From an uncultured virus (IMG/VR IMGVR_UViG_3300037493_005562) (Duplodnaviria > Heunggongvirae > Uroviricota > Caudoviricetes), in IMG/VR virus record IMGVR_UViG_3300037493_005562: 29,576 nt of DNA; one strand, given 5' to 3'. This document shows, one piece after another, positions 1 to 7,285 of the stretch. The position numbers and the translations under genes were made by a program. The notes beneath the pieces were generated by a model. The model was not told the DNA's origin. It worked only from the letters and a program-made list of their open reading frames with translations, and ran no database searches. Numbering within the stretch: the stretch's first letter is position 1; every line of letters begins with the position of its first letter.

Positions 1-2
1 GA

Positions 3-2909
3 GAGCGTCCAACTTCCAAGGGGTTTGGTGGCGTTCAGGCTTGGGACATGTGGTACAAGTGCCGCGACATCCAGACTCGTCGCGGTGGGAACATCCTGTT
101 GCTCACGGCAACGCCTGTTAAGAACAGTCCTCTTGAAGCCTTTAACTTGGCGCAGCTCATCTCGTACGGGACCTGGGAGCGGCGCTACTTGCGCTCCAGC
201 GAAGAGTTCATCGATCGATTCATCGTGCTCGCTGCTGAGGAAGGCACGAAGATCACGTTCGAGGTCGTCGAGAAGTTGACCGTGAAGGCGTTTAGCAACG
301 ACGGCCAGGAGCTTCGCGCAGCGTTGCTGTATCTCACGGACCGGATCACGACGGACGATCTCCTCGCGTACTGGGCGCGTATTGGGTACACCAAGGGAAA
401 AATCCCCCTTCAAGTTCCTTCGCAGCTCTTCGTAGACATGGATCCGATCCAGAACTTTATCTACGACAAGCTCGGCGTTCTTGTCGAGCAGCAGGAGGAT
501 AAAGACGACGACGACGAGGAGGCGGAGCGCAAGAAGAGGTTCGTGATCCTCGAAATCGACGGCGAAAAGGTAAAGATCCCCAAGTCGATGGTCAACGCAC
601 TGATGCTCGACATCGGAACGAAGGCGGCGATCGATCCACGACTGCTCACGCTCAATATCGCCGACTGCGAAGTCGCGATCCAGGCGGACGACGTTCGGGT
701 GGAAGCCTGGGACCGGTGGGAAGAGGGAAAACGCCAGGGTCGAGGGGGCTCTGCGCCCAAGAAGCGCCCCCTCAGCGCAAAAGCTCGCGACTTCCTCGAA
801 AAGAAGTACCTGTTACTGGTCCACTGGCTCGGCGCTGGAGAGTACCCTTCACCCAAGCACTACGGTGACTCGGTGCTGCCGAAGTACGCGAAGGTTGCGG
901 AGTATATCCGTGGTCGGGGCGACTGCGGGCACGTGATTTTCTCAGACTTCAATGAAACCCACGACGCAATCAAAGACGCGATCGTACGCATCGCAGGCGT
1001 CCCCGCAGAGCGTATTGGGATCATCGTTGCACAGACTCCCGCGCGAACCGTGTTGCGAATGGTTTCCCAGCCTGTGCACGTGGTCAAGCCTTCTGTTCGA
1101 CAGCTAGTCGCCGACGGATTCAACGGGACATGGGACGAGACCCTGGAGAAGCCTACGCTTCTGGTCGAGCCGATCTACGACGTCGTGATCGGTAACTCCC
1201 AAGCAATGGCTGAGGGCCTGAACCTTCAGAAGCGCACCTGTGCGATCCACCATCTCACGTTCACGTGGGAGCCCGCCACGATCACGCAGCGCAACGGGCG
1301 TGGTGTGCGTCAGGGCAACAAGTTCGACCGCGTTGACGTGCGTTACTACATCGCAGGTAACGACCCTCGGGAGTTCCCGCTCCCGGATGTCAGTGAGCCT
1401 TGCGTTGCGCCCGAGGAAGGTTCCGAAACGCCAAACCCAAGCTACGACTTCTACAGGTTCGATAAGACGGTGGGCAAGTCGGGGTGGCAAGAGACGCTGT
1501 TTTCGTCGGACACGCGGTCGTCAGGCAACCCGTTTGCCGAGGCGAAGGGTATCTCGAAGGAAGACCTTCAGTACATGATGCTCGCGCGTAAGGACCCGAT
1601 GAAAGCGTGTGAGATCCGCCGTATCCATAAGATCCGGGCGAAGTCTCGCGCACGCACTGAGTTGATCAATAAGATTTCTGGGAAGGTCGGGGATCTCGTT
1701 CGCGACTGGCGCATGATTCGCAAGACGGACCCGGGTGCGCAACAGGACGTGCAGTTGGCTCGGGCGTATCGAGACGAGGCGGGGTTGCGGGAGATCCTTG
1801 AGTCTCACCCAGACCTGCCGTCGGCTTCAGGTATTTGGGCCGCTGTGGAAGCTGCTCGCAAACATTCCGTCTACGTTGACGCCCATACGGGTTTCTACGT
1901 GATTGAAGGGGAGCGGGTGTGTCTCCGTGCGTTGAATCCGTCCTACGGGGACCTGTTCTACACTCCCCGTAAGATCGAAATCGAGGAGTTGATTCCTGCG
2001 GGCAACGCGTTCCACGTGCGTGACTTCGGGAGCCCTTTCCGACGTAACGTTCTGATGCAAAACCTGCTTGATCAGACGGCTCAGGCGAAGGAGATGGTGC
2101 GTCTCGACATGGAGAGTTGTGGTGGGTGGGATGAAGAGGAGGACAAACGGCAGATCCTCGCGCGGTCTCTTCTCACAGGCTCTTCGATTACCGAGATGGT
2201 TCCGAGCGTGCTCTTGGCACTGCTCCCGGTGATCTGGAAGCGCATCGTGAATCTCGCGTATGCTGTGGGGCAGACTCCCCCTCGCAAAGACGCTGAGGAG
2301 CGGGCTGCTGCGGTGCTTGTTGACCACCGCGGAATGGGCTTACTCCCTCTCGTCAACGTCAACGACAAGAACGAGATCGTGCTTCTCTCGGCATCTGCCG
2401 CGACGGCGATTGCATCTCTGACGGCGGGAGTAGGCAAGGAGTTTGCGGATCTCCTCACTCATAAGTACGTACCTCTTCTCCCCGCAAACGCAGATCCAGC
2501 TAGTCGTGCGCGCGTCATGCAGGCGATTATCACGGATACGATCCGTGTCGTGGAGCGGGCTCCCGGGCAAACTGCGGGCGTGCGTCTATCCCACCTCGAC
2601 CCAAACCCCACGGTTCACGGGGATCTGCTGAAAGCGCTCGATAAGAAATGGCTATTCAATCCTCGGTTCGCTCGGAGCGGCATCGCGAAGAGCGTCTTTG
2701 AGAGAATGGAGCGGTCCCGTCGTGCGCGTGCGCGAGGGGAGCAGATCGAGCTTGCGGAAGAGACGGAGTCGCTGCCGCTGGTCGCAGGGCGTGGGGGCCG
2801 TTCCTGGGGCTTGTCTAAGGGCCCGGTCATCCCTCCTGAAGACGCCGACCGCGACGATCCGAAGTGGAGCGGGGTCGGTGGTATTCCGGACTTGACCCGG
2901 TCGTTCTAG
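3..2909 (+). CDS. DarB-like SNF2/SF2 helicase, 5'-truncated by the window edge
   Basis: Frame open from nt 3 (ERPTSKGFGGVQAWDMWYK). Motif III LLTATPVKNSPLE, motif IV HVIFSD, motif V MAEGLNLQ..AIHHL..WEP, motif VI QRNGRGVRQGN, the pattern of DarB/methylase-helicase SNF2 proteins. Walker A/B must lie upstream of the window. Confidence 0.85.
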   Translation, partial: ERPTSKGFGGVQAWDMWYKCRDIQTRRGGNILLLTATPVKNSPLEAFNLAQLISYGTWERRYLRSSEEFIDRFIVLAAEEGTKITFEVVEKLTVKAFSNDGQELRAALLYLTDRITTDDLLAYWARIGYTKGKIPLQVPSQLFVDMDPIQNFIYDKLGVLVEQQEDKDDDDEEAERKKRFVILEIDGEKVKIPKSMVNALMLDIGTKAAIDPRLLTLNIADCEVAIQADDVRVEAWDRWEEGKRQGRGGSAPKKRPLSAKARDFLEKKYLLLVHWLGAGEYPSPKHYGDSVLPKYAKVAEYIRGRGDCGHVIFSDFNETHDAIKDAIVRIAGVPAERIGIIVAQTPARTVLRMVSQPVHVVKPSVRQLVADGFNGTWDETLEKPTLLVEPIYDVVIGNSQAMAEGLNLQKRTCAIHHLTFTWEPATITQRNGRGVRQGNKFDRVDVRYYIAGNDPREFPLPDVSEPCVAPEEGSETPNPSYDFYRFDKTVGKSGWQETLFSSDTRSSGNPFAEAKGISKEDLQYMMLARKDPMKACEIRRIHKIRAKSRARTELINKISGKVGDLVRDWRMIRKTDPGAQQDVQLARAYRDEAGLREILESHPDLPSASGIWAAVEAARKHSVYVDAHTGFYVIEGERVCLRALNPSYGDLFYTPRKIEIEELIPAGNAFHVRDFGSPFRRNVLMQNLLDQTAQAKEMVRLDMESCGGWDEEEDKRQILARSLLTGSSITEMVPSVLLALLPVIWKRIVNLAYAVGQTPPRKDAEERAAAVLVDHRGMGLLPLVNVNDKNEIVLLSASAATAIASLTAGVGKEFADLLTHKYVPLLPANADPASRARVMQAIITDTIRVVERAPGQTAGVRLSHLDPNPTVHGDLLKALDKKWLFNPRFARSGIAKSVFERMERSRRARARGEQIELAEETESLPLVAGRGGRSWGLSKGPVIPPEDADRDDPKWSGVGGIPDLTRSF

Positions 2910-3139
2910 GCAGGCGGCTCGGCGACGGATCCCGGGACCAGGACGGCGGTACGTCGGAAGGTGTCGAGCCGCGCCCGCGCGTGCCCGCTGAATCCAGGCA
3001 TGACGTACTCGACTTCCCCGGGGAAGATCCAGGAAGCCCACCAAGGCCATTGTTGGACCACCAGAACCGTCGCGATCCCTTCAACTCCTGGGATCCGAAA
3101 ACGCTGCCCTGGGAGGGTGTCGGGGATCTGGCCGATCAC
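2906..3139 (-). CDS. hypothetical protein (77 aa)
   Basis: GTG start overlaps the TGA of the upstream gene (GTGA coupling); its stop overlaps the helicase stop at CTAG, filling the gap exactly. Confidence 0.55.
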   Translation of the reverse strand: MIGQIPDTLPGQRFRIPGVEGIATVLVVQQWPWWASWIFPGEVEYVMPGFSGHARARLDTFRRTAVLVPGSVAEPPA

Positions 3140-3519
3140 GAAGGGTCTTCCGAGGGATCGGGATCCGACCCGTCGTTCTCTTCGTCGTCGCCAGCGTCCG
3201 GCGCGTCCGGCTTCTCGAACGTTCCCTCGAAGGCCGCGACTTCAGGAGACTCGAACTCGGCGCCGCTGCCGTTCCAGACGGGGTGGCGAGTGTTGATCAA
3301 AACGCCATGCCCACTCCGGTCGCGAACAGTAACACCGATGGTGCCATCCGTGTTGGGAGTCACGCGCAGGCGATCGATGATCTTCTGGGCGATCTCGTCG
3401 CAGTCGTTGTCGAGGTCAAGATTGCCGAATGTCGCGGTCCAGGCTTCCTTATCTTCGATCTCGATGTCGATCTCGACTCCGATGATCAAGGTCGCGCCGA
3501 TGGTGAGGGTCTTACTCAT
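3136..3519 (-). CDS. hypothetical acidic protein (127 aa)
   Basis: AGGAG RBS before the ATG; overlaps the end of the GATase gene by 8 nt; D/E/P-rich tail. Confidence 0.75.
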   Translation of the reverse strand: MSKTLTIGATLIIGVEIDIEIEDKEAWTATFGNLDLDNDCDEIAQKIIDRLRVTPNTDGTIGVTVRDRSGHGVLINTRHPVWNGSGAEFESPEVAAFEGTFEKPDAPDAGDDEENDGSDPDPSEDPS

Positions 3520-4726
3520 AGCTGCTCCTGTGTGTGTCGTAGTCCTCGTCGCCGTCGCGAGCGATCTTCACGTTGAATTTCGCCAAGTTGGCCTCCCACT
3601 GCGCGTCGGTCAGGTACTCGCCGTCGAGCCCGACGTCCGCCTCCATGTCGACGGTCCACTCGTCGTCGGTAACGATACCGTTTTCGATCATCATGTCCGA
3701 AACAGCGTCGTACAGCTCGTCTCGGAACACTCCGGATTCGTCCAGGTAGAATTCATCTTCGATGCTGAACGGGTCGAAGTCGGCGGCGAGAGCCCTGGCC
3801 GCGTCGGTCTGCGTCAGCCCGTATTCCAGAGCGAGGTTGACGCAATCCTCGCGGTCGAGGTCGTCCAGCTCGACCCGGCCCTCGTCGCGTGTGTTCGACA
3901 GCAGGGCCCGTGAAGGTGTACCCTTGAGGTCCTTCTCGTTCGCCGCTGCGAGACGTCGGGCGAGATCCACGTCGGCACCGACCGGGGTGGCCGCGACAAC
4001 CGTCGTCGTCTTGGTTGCGTTCCACGCAACGATCTTGCGCTTCTGGCAGGTGAAGAAGTTCTTTTGCTCTTCGTAAATCTCGCCGCCCTCGATGTAGTAG
4101 AGCGTCCCTTCCACGATGTCGACCTGCGAGGTCACATCACTCTCATCCAGCCCCACCGAGGCGAGAGCGTACCCCAGGTGCGCCTTGTCGGACGAGAAGA
4201 TGACCCCGATCGCGGTACGGTACACGGCAAGTTCGCCGTCGTTCCAGAACCCCAGGTAAATTCTTCCGGGCTCGTTCTGCTTCACGAAGATCAGCGTGCC
4301 GTAGCTTGCGATCTCGCTGAGATCCTTCGCTTCGTCCACATGGGCGACGAGGTGCATCGAGTCTACCGCAAACGTGCGGTCATGCCGCTCGTTCAGCTCG
4401 CGATGGTTCGACAACGTCCCGTTGTGCATTCCGATCGTGTTGCCGATCAGGTAGGGGTGGGCGTTTTCCCTGGTGACGGCTCCCGTGGTTGCCCATCGGG
4501 TGTGCCCCGCCATCATCGCGTATTTCGTCCAGGCCACCGTTTTGGCGAAGAGAATGGATCCCCGTGCCTTGTCGATCTCCCACGGGGAGGTGGCGTCTAC
4601 GGACCCGAACACGCCCCACGACATATCGCCGCGCGAGTCGTTCTGGTGTGCAAGGGCCGTCAACAGGACAGCGCGCTGCACTTGTGTCGCGTCCGCGTTG
4701 AATTGGGCACCGAATACGCCGCACAT
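3512..4726 (-). CDS. class-II (Ntn-hydrolase) glutamine amidotransferase with acidic C-terminal extension
   Basis: Start placed at ATG 4726 (GGAG RBS) gives M-C-G-V-F-G with the catalytic Cys at the N-terminus. Motifs SRG.MSWG, GHTRWATTG, ENAHPY, MHNGTLSN, VDS. Confidence 0.92.
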   Translation of the reverse strand: MCGVFGAQFNADATQVQRAVLLTALAHQNDSRGDMSWGVFGSVDATSPWEIDKARGSILFAKTVAWTKYAMMAGHTRWATTGAVTRENAHPYLIGNTIGMHNGTLSNHRELNERHDRTFAVDSMHLVAHVDEAKDLSEIASYGTLIFVKQNEPGRIYLGFWNDGELAVYRTAIGVIFSSDKAHLGYALASVGLDESDVTSQVDIVEGTLYYIEGGEIYEEQKNFFTCQKRKIVAWNATKTTTVVAATPVGADVDLARRLAAANEKDLKGTPSRALLSNTRDEGRVELDDLDREDCVNLALEYGLTQTDAARALAADFDPFSIEDEFYLDESGVFRDELYDAVSDMMIENGIVTDDEWTVDMEADVGLDGEYLTDAQWEANLAKFNVKIARDGDEDYDTHRSSYE

Positions 4727-4765
4727 GAAGGCTCCGAGAGAACGGGAGAGGGGTGTTTGAGGCAT

Positions 4766-4791
4766 GTAACCGATGTGGTTACTTTAGGCAA
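4766..4791 (-). promoter_or_regulatory. putative promoter/operator (TTGCCT-aaa-GTAACC-acatc-GGTTAC)
   Basis: Perfect GTAACC-N5-GGTTAC inverted repeat at 4766-4782 between the amidoligase stop and the GATase start; matches the copy at 6074-6099. Confidence 0.65.
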
Positions 4792-6037
4792 ACTTCTTGA
4801 CGCGCCACTGGAGCCACTTTCGGGCCGCGTCGGTCGGGGCAAACCCCTTCCAGGCGTCCATCGGTTCCATCGCGAGGACCGCCGCGACGTCGGCGTCGGT
4901 CATGTTCTTGCACCGCTCGACAAGGTTCGCCAGCGTGATGCTCCAGTTGTGGATCTTCACGAAGTCGGTCGTGCCGGAATGCAGCCGGAATTCGACGGTG
5001 CCGTGGACCCACCACGCCTGGATATTCATGGCGTAGTACCGACTGCCAGGAACGTCGTGTTTGTCGCGACGATTCTCAGGTTTGCGGACCGGGGACGCCA
5101 TGTTGCGGTCATGGGTCTTCAAGTCGCTTGCCGCGGGCATCGAATCGTCCCGAATGGCGAGGATCCTCGCCTTCGCTTCGGTGTGCTTGTCCTTAATGGA
5201 CAGGTAGCGTCGCACCTGCTCCGCGAGCGGGCGACAGTAGACGTTGCTTCTGCGATCCTTCGGCACCGTCGCGAACACGGCGGGCTCGATGTGTGCCCAC
5301 ACGAGCAGCAGACGGCGCATTCCGATCCACGTCATGTCCTGAGCGTTGACGTGAACATGCAGGCCACACGAATCGTTGACCGTCGTGTCCGACGTGTTCA
5401 GCGCCGTGCAAAGCTCCCGAAGTTGATTCGTAAACATATGGCCGCTCGCCGGGGCCGTATTCAGCTCGACACCCTCGATCGAGCCGTCCTCGACGACGGC
5501 GATGTCCCATCGGTCGCAAATGACGCTGACGCCGCCGTCGCCGCCGCCGTGCGTCTCGATCTCGCAGGCGATCAAGCGCGTGGTCGGGTTTTCGCCCGTG
5601 GCCCATCCGACATGGGTTTTGCCGTAGGAGTCGCGGTAGTCGATACCACTGTTGGAATTGGAATGACCCGAACAGCAGTCGTAGCAGTTGTCGCAATCCT
5701 CGCACGTACCTTCGACGCGGTTGCCGCAGTCGGAGCAGGTGAGGTGATCGTTGCAACAGCGCACGCAGATGGGTCCATGCGTACAGCTAAGGCAGCGCTC
5801 ACCGCTGTCGCGGGTTTCGGAGCACCCGTCGCAGCCAAAGTGTTCATCGCAGCAGCCCTGACAGTACGTGCAGGTGCCCCGCCGGGGGTCGCAAGCGACG
5901 ACGCCTTCGTCGGCATCGTCGGGGGCGTCGTCGCCCACGGCGTCACCCAAGGGGCACGAACAGCCTTCACACGTTTCGCGGGGATCTTCCCACGACGGAG
6001 TTTCGGGCGTAGGGGTAGGGGGGGTCAGGGGGGCCAT
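4784..6037 (-). CDS. putative amidoligase (Amidoligase_2 / glutamine-synthetase-fold COOH-NH2 ligase) with Cys-rich N-terminus
   Basis: Motifs ACEIE, EDGSI, VELNT, NDSCGLHVHV, SRYYAMN, GTVEFRLHSGT; adjacent class-II GATase is the known gene context. Confidence 0.9.
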   Translation of the reverse strand: MAPLTPPTPTPETPSWEDPRETCEGCSCPLGDAVGDDAPDDADEGVVACDPRRGTCTYCQGCCDEHFGCDGCSETRDSGERCLSCTHGPICVRCCNDHLTCSDCGNRVEGTCEDCDNCYDCCSGHSNSNSGIDYRDSYGKTHVGWATGENPTTRLIACEIETHGGGDGGVSVICDRWDIAVVEDGSIEGVELNTAPASGHMFTNQLRELCTALNTSDTTVNDSCGLHVHVNAQDMTWIGMRRLLLVWAHIEPAVFATVPKDRRSNVYCRPLAEQVRRYLSIKDKHTEAKARILAIRDDSMPAASDLKTHDRNMASPVRKPENRRDKHDVPGSRYYAMNIQAWWVHGTVEFRLHSGTTDFVKIHNWSITLANLVERCKNMTDADVAAVLAMEPMDAWKGFAPTDAARKWLQWRVKKFA

Positions 6038-6070
6038 CGAGACTCTCTTGCGAGGGTTGGTTATACCCTA

Positions 6071-6099
6071 TATGTAACCGATAAGGTTACACCTGTCAA
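6071..6099 (-). promoter_or_regulatory. sigma70-like promoter with an operator-like palindrome in the spacer
   Basis: Minus strand reads TTGACA-17 nt-TACATA; TGTAACC-N5-GGTTACA palindrome at 6073-6091; AT-rich island upstream of the amidoligase. Confidence 0.75.
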
Positions 6100-6189
6100 G
6101 GGGAAACTTCGAGGCAGTCCGCCCTTTGGACAGACGACCCCCCCCCAGGGGGGCCCCCCCCTCGCCTTAAAACCTGTTACCGTACCTGT

Positions 6190-6417
6190 ATGAATCTCGT
6201 ACGCAGGTTGCAGTTTACGATCGGAGCCCCTCTCGGTCCCGAACACGGTGAGACGCTCGTGCTCACGGGAACGCTCGACGGTCTTCTGGAGCTGCGAAAG
6301 GCGATCGATTCCGCCCTAAACGGAAACGGCGAGCCCGGGATCATCACTCGGGAGCGCACAGGAGCCGAAATCTTCGTGCGGCGAATCGACGCGACAACGC
6401 ACTGGAAAACGCTCTAG
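6190..6417 (+). CDS. hypothetical protein (75 aa)
   Basis: ATG ORF divergent from the amidoligase with protein-like composition; weak RBS. Confidence 0.55.
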   Translation: MNLVRRLQFTIGAPLGPEHGETLVLTGTLDGLLELRKAIDSALNGNGEPGIITRERTGAEIFVRRIDATTHWKTL

Positions 6418-6620
6418 CTCGCCCTTGCGAGCGAGCGGCTCGTACCGTCGGTGTCCGAAAGGAGCCCCTGCTGTAGTCGCTGTACGAGAACGGTCACTTT
6501 GTCGGCAGCCACCGAAGCGAGGCGTCGCCGCATCTCCCGGGTGGCGTGTTCTGGAACCGCCAAGGTTATGAATTCTGTGCCCGTTTGCGGAGCGACGCCC
6601 TCGGCTTCGAGGAAAAGCAT
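6414..6620 (-). CDS. hypothetical protein (68 aa)
   Basis: GGAGACACCAC-ATG RBS, similar to that of the upstream gene; stop overlaps the convergent gene at CTAG. Confidence 0.55.
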   Translation of the reverse strand: MLFLEAEGVAPQTGTEFITLAVPEHATREMRRRLASVAADKVTVLVQRLQQGLLSDTDGTSRSLARAS

Positions 6621-6701
6621 GTGGTGTCTCCGAGATGCGGGAATGACTACTTGACAGTATCACGAGAGTAGGAGTTGTCGCTACCGCCCACCCCCGGTGG
6701 T

Positions 6702-7244
6702 TTAAGGTGCGAGTGCTGGCGCGGGAGGGTCAGACGAGATCGTCAAGGGGCTCTGTGGGGGGCTAGCTGGCAGCAGGCGGTTCACGAGATACCCGAAGCC
6801 CAAAAGTTGAAAAAAGCCCATCACGAGTCCGAGCATCAACATCTGAAACGCCTGTGACTCCCAGATCCGCTTTTTCCAGTCTTCGCGAACTTTCCGATCT
6901 TCGCGGTCCTGCTTGACGCGCACCTCGCGCTCCTCTTTTTCTCGCTCCTTGCGTTCGGTTCGGTCCTCTTTCTCGAACGTGAGACGTTCCTCTTCGGTTC
7001 GCGCCATGCGTTCCAACGCTTCTGCGGCACGTCGGGAATTACCTAGCTCTTCCCGGATCTCGGTTGCGAGTTTATCCGTAGATTTCTCGACAGCCCGCTG
7101 GCCCTCTCGGATCCCGACGAGGATGGTTTGTTGGCTCTCTCGCATCGCGATGAGCCCTGAGGTCATTTCTGACATCCAGTTGCTCGTAGCATCGACCGAC
7201 GAGTCTTCCGTTGGAATTTCTGTTCGTGTACGGCTGGTCGGCAT
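6702..7244 (-). CDS. coiled-coil protein with a C-terminal transmembrane helix
   Basis: Start placed at ATG 7244 (GGAGAG RBS); E/R/K-rich helix followed by hydrophobic AFQMLMLGLVMGFFQLLGFGYLV. Confidence 0.75.
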   Translation of the reverse strand: MPTSRTRTEIPTEDSSVDATSNWMSEMTSGLIAMRESQQTILVGIREGQRAVEKSTDKLATEIREELGNSRRAAEALERMARTEEERLTFEKEDRTERKEREKEEREVRVKQDREDRKVREDWKKRIWESQAFQMLMLGLVMGFFQLLGFGYLVNRLLPASPPQSPLTISSDPPAPALAP

Positions 7245-7285
7245 CGGTGGTGTCTCTCCGTGGTTCCCGAGTATATCGAGAAACC

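Noticed and set aside
729..790. NLS-like KKRP basic patch in the helicase
   Set aside because: Prokaryotic RBSs, coupling and promoters throughout; a basic loop is unremarkable.
2864..3913. 349-aa plus-strand ORF
   Set aside because: Overlaps coupled minus-strand genes; low-complexity shadow translation with no motifs.
4727..4765. ORF-track N-terminal extension of the GATase
   Set aside because: Class-II GATases need Cys at the mature N-terminus; ATG 4726 has an RBS and the upstream ATG abuts the regulatory motif.
4064..6193. 709-aa plus-strand ORF
   Set aside because: Antisense shadow of the amidoligase and GATase genes, which carry clear catalytic motifs; expected in GC-rich DNA.
6651..6656. 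Perfect TTGACA on the plus strand
   Set aside because: No plausible -10 at 16-18 bp and no credible plus-strand gene downstream.
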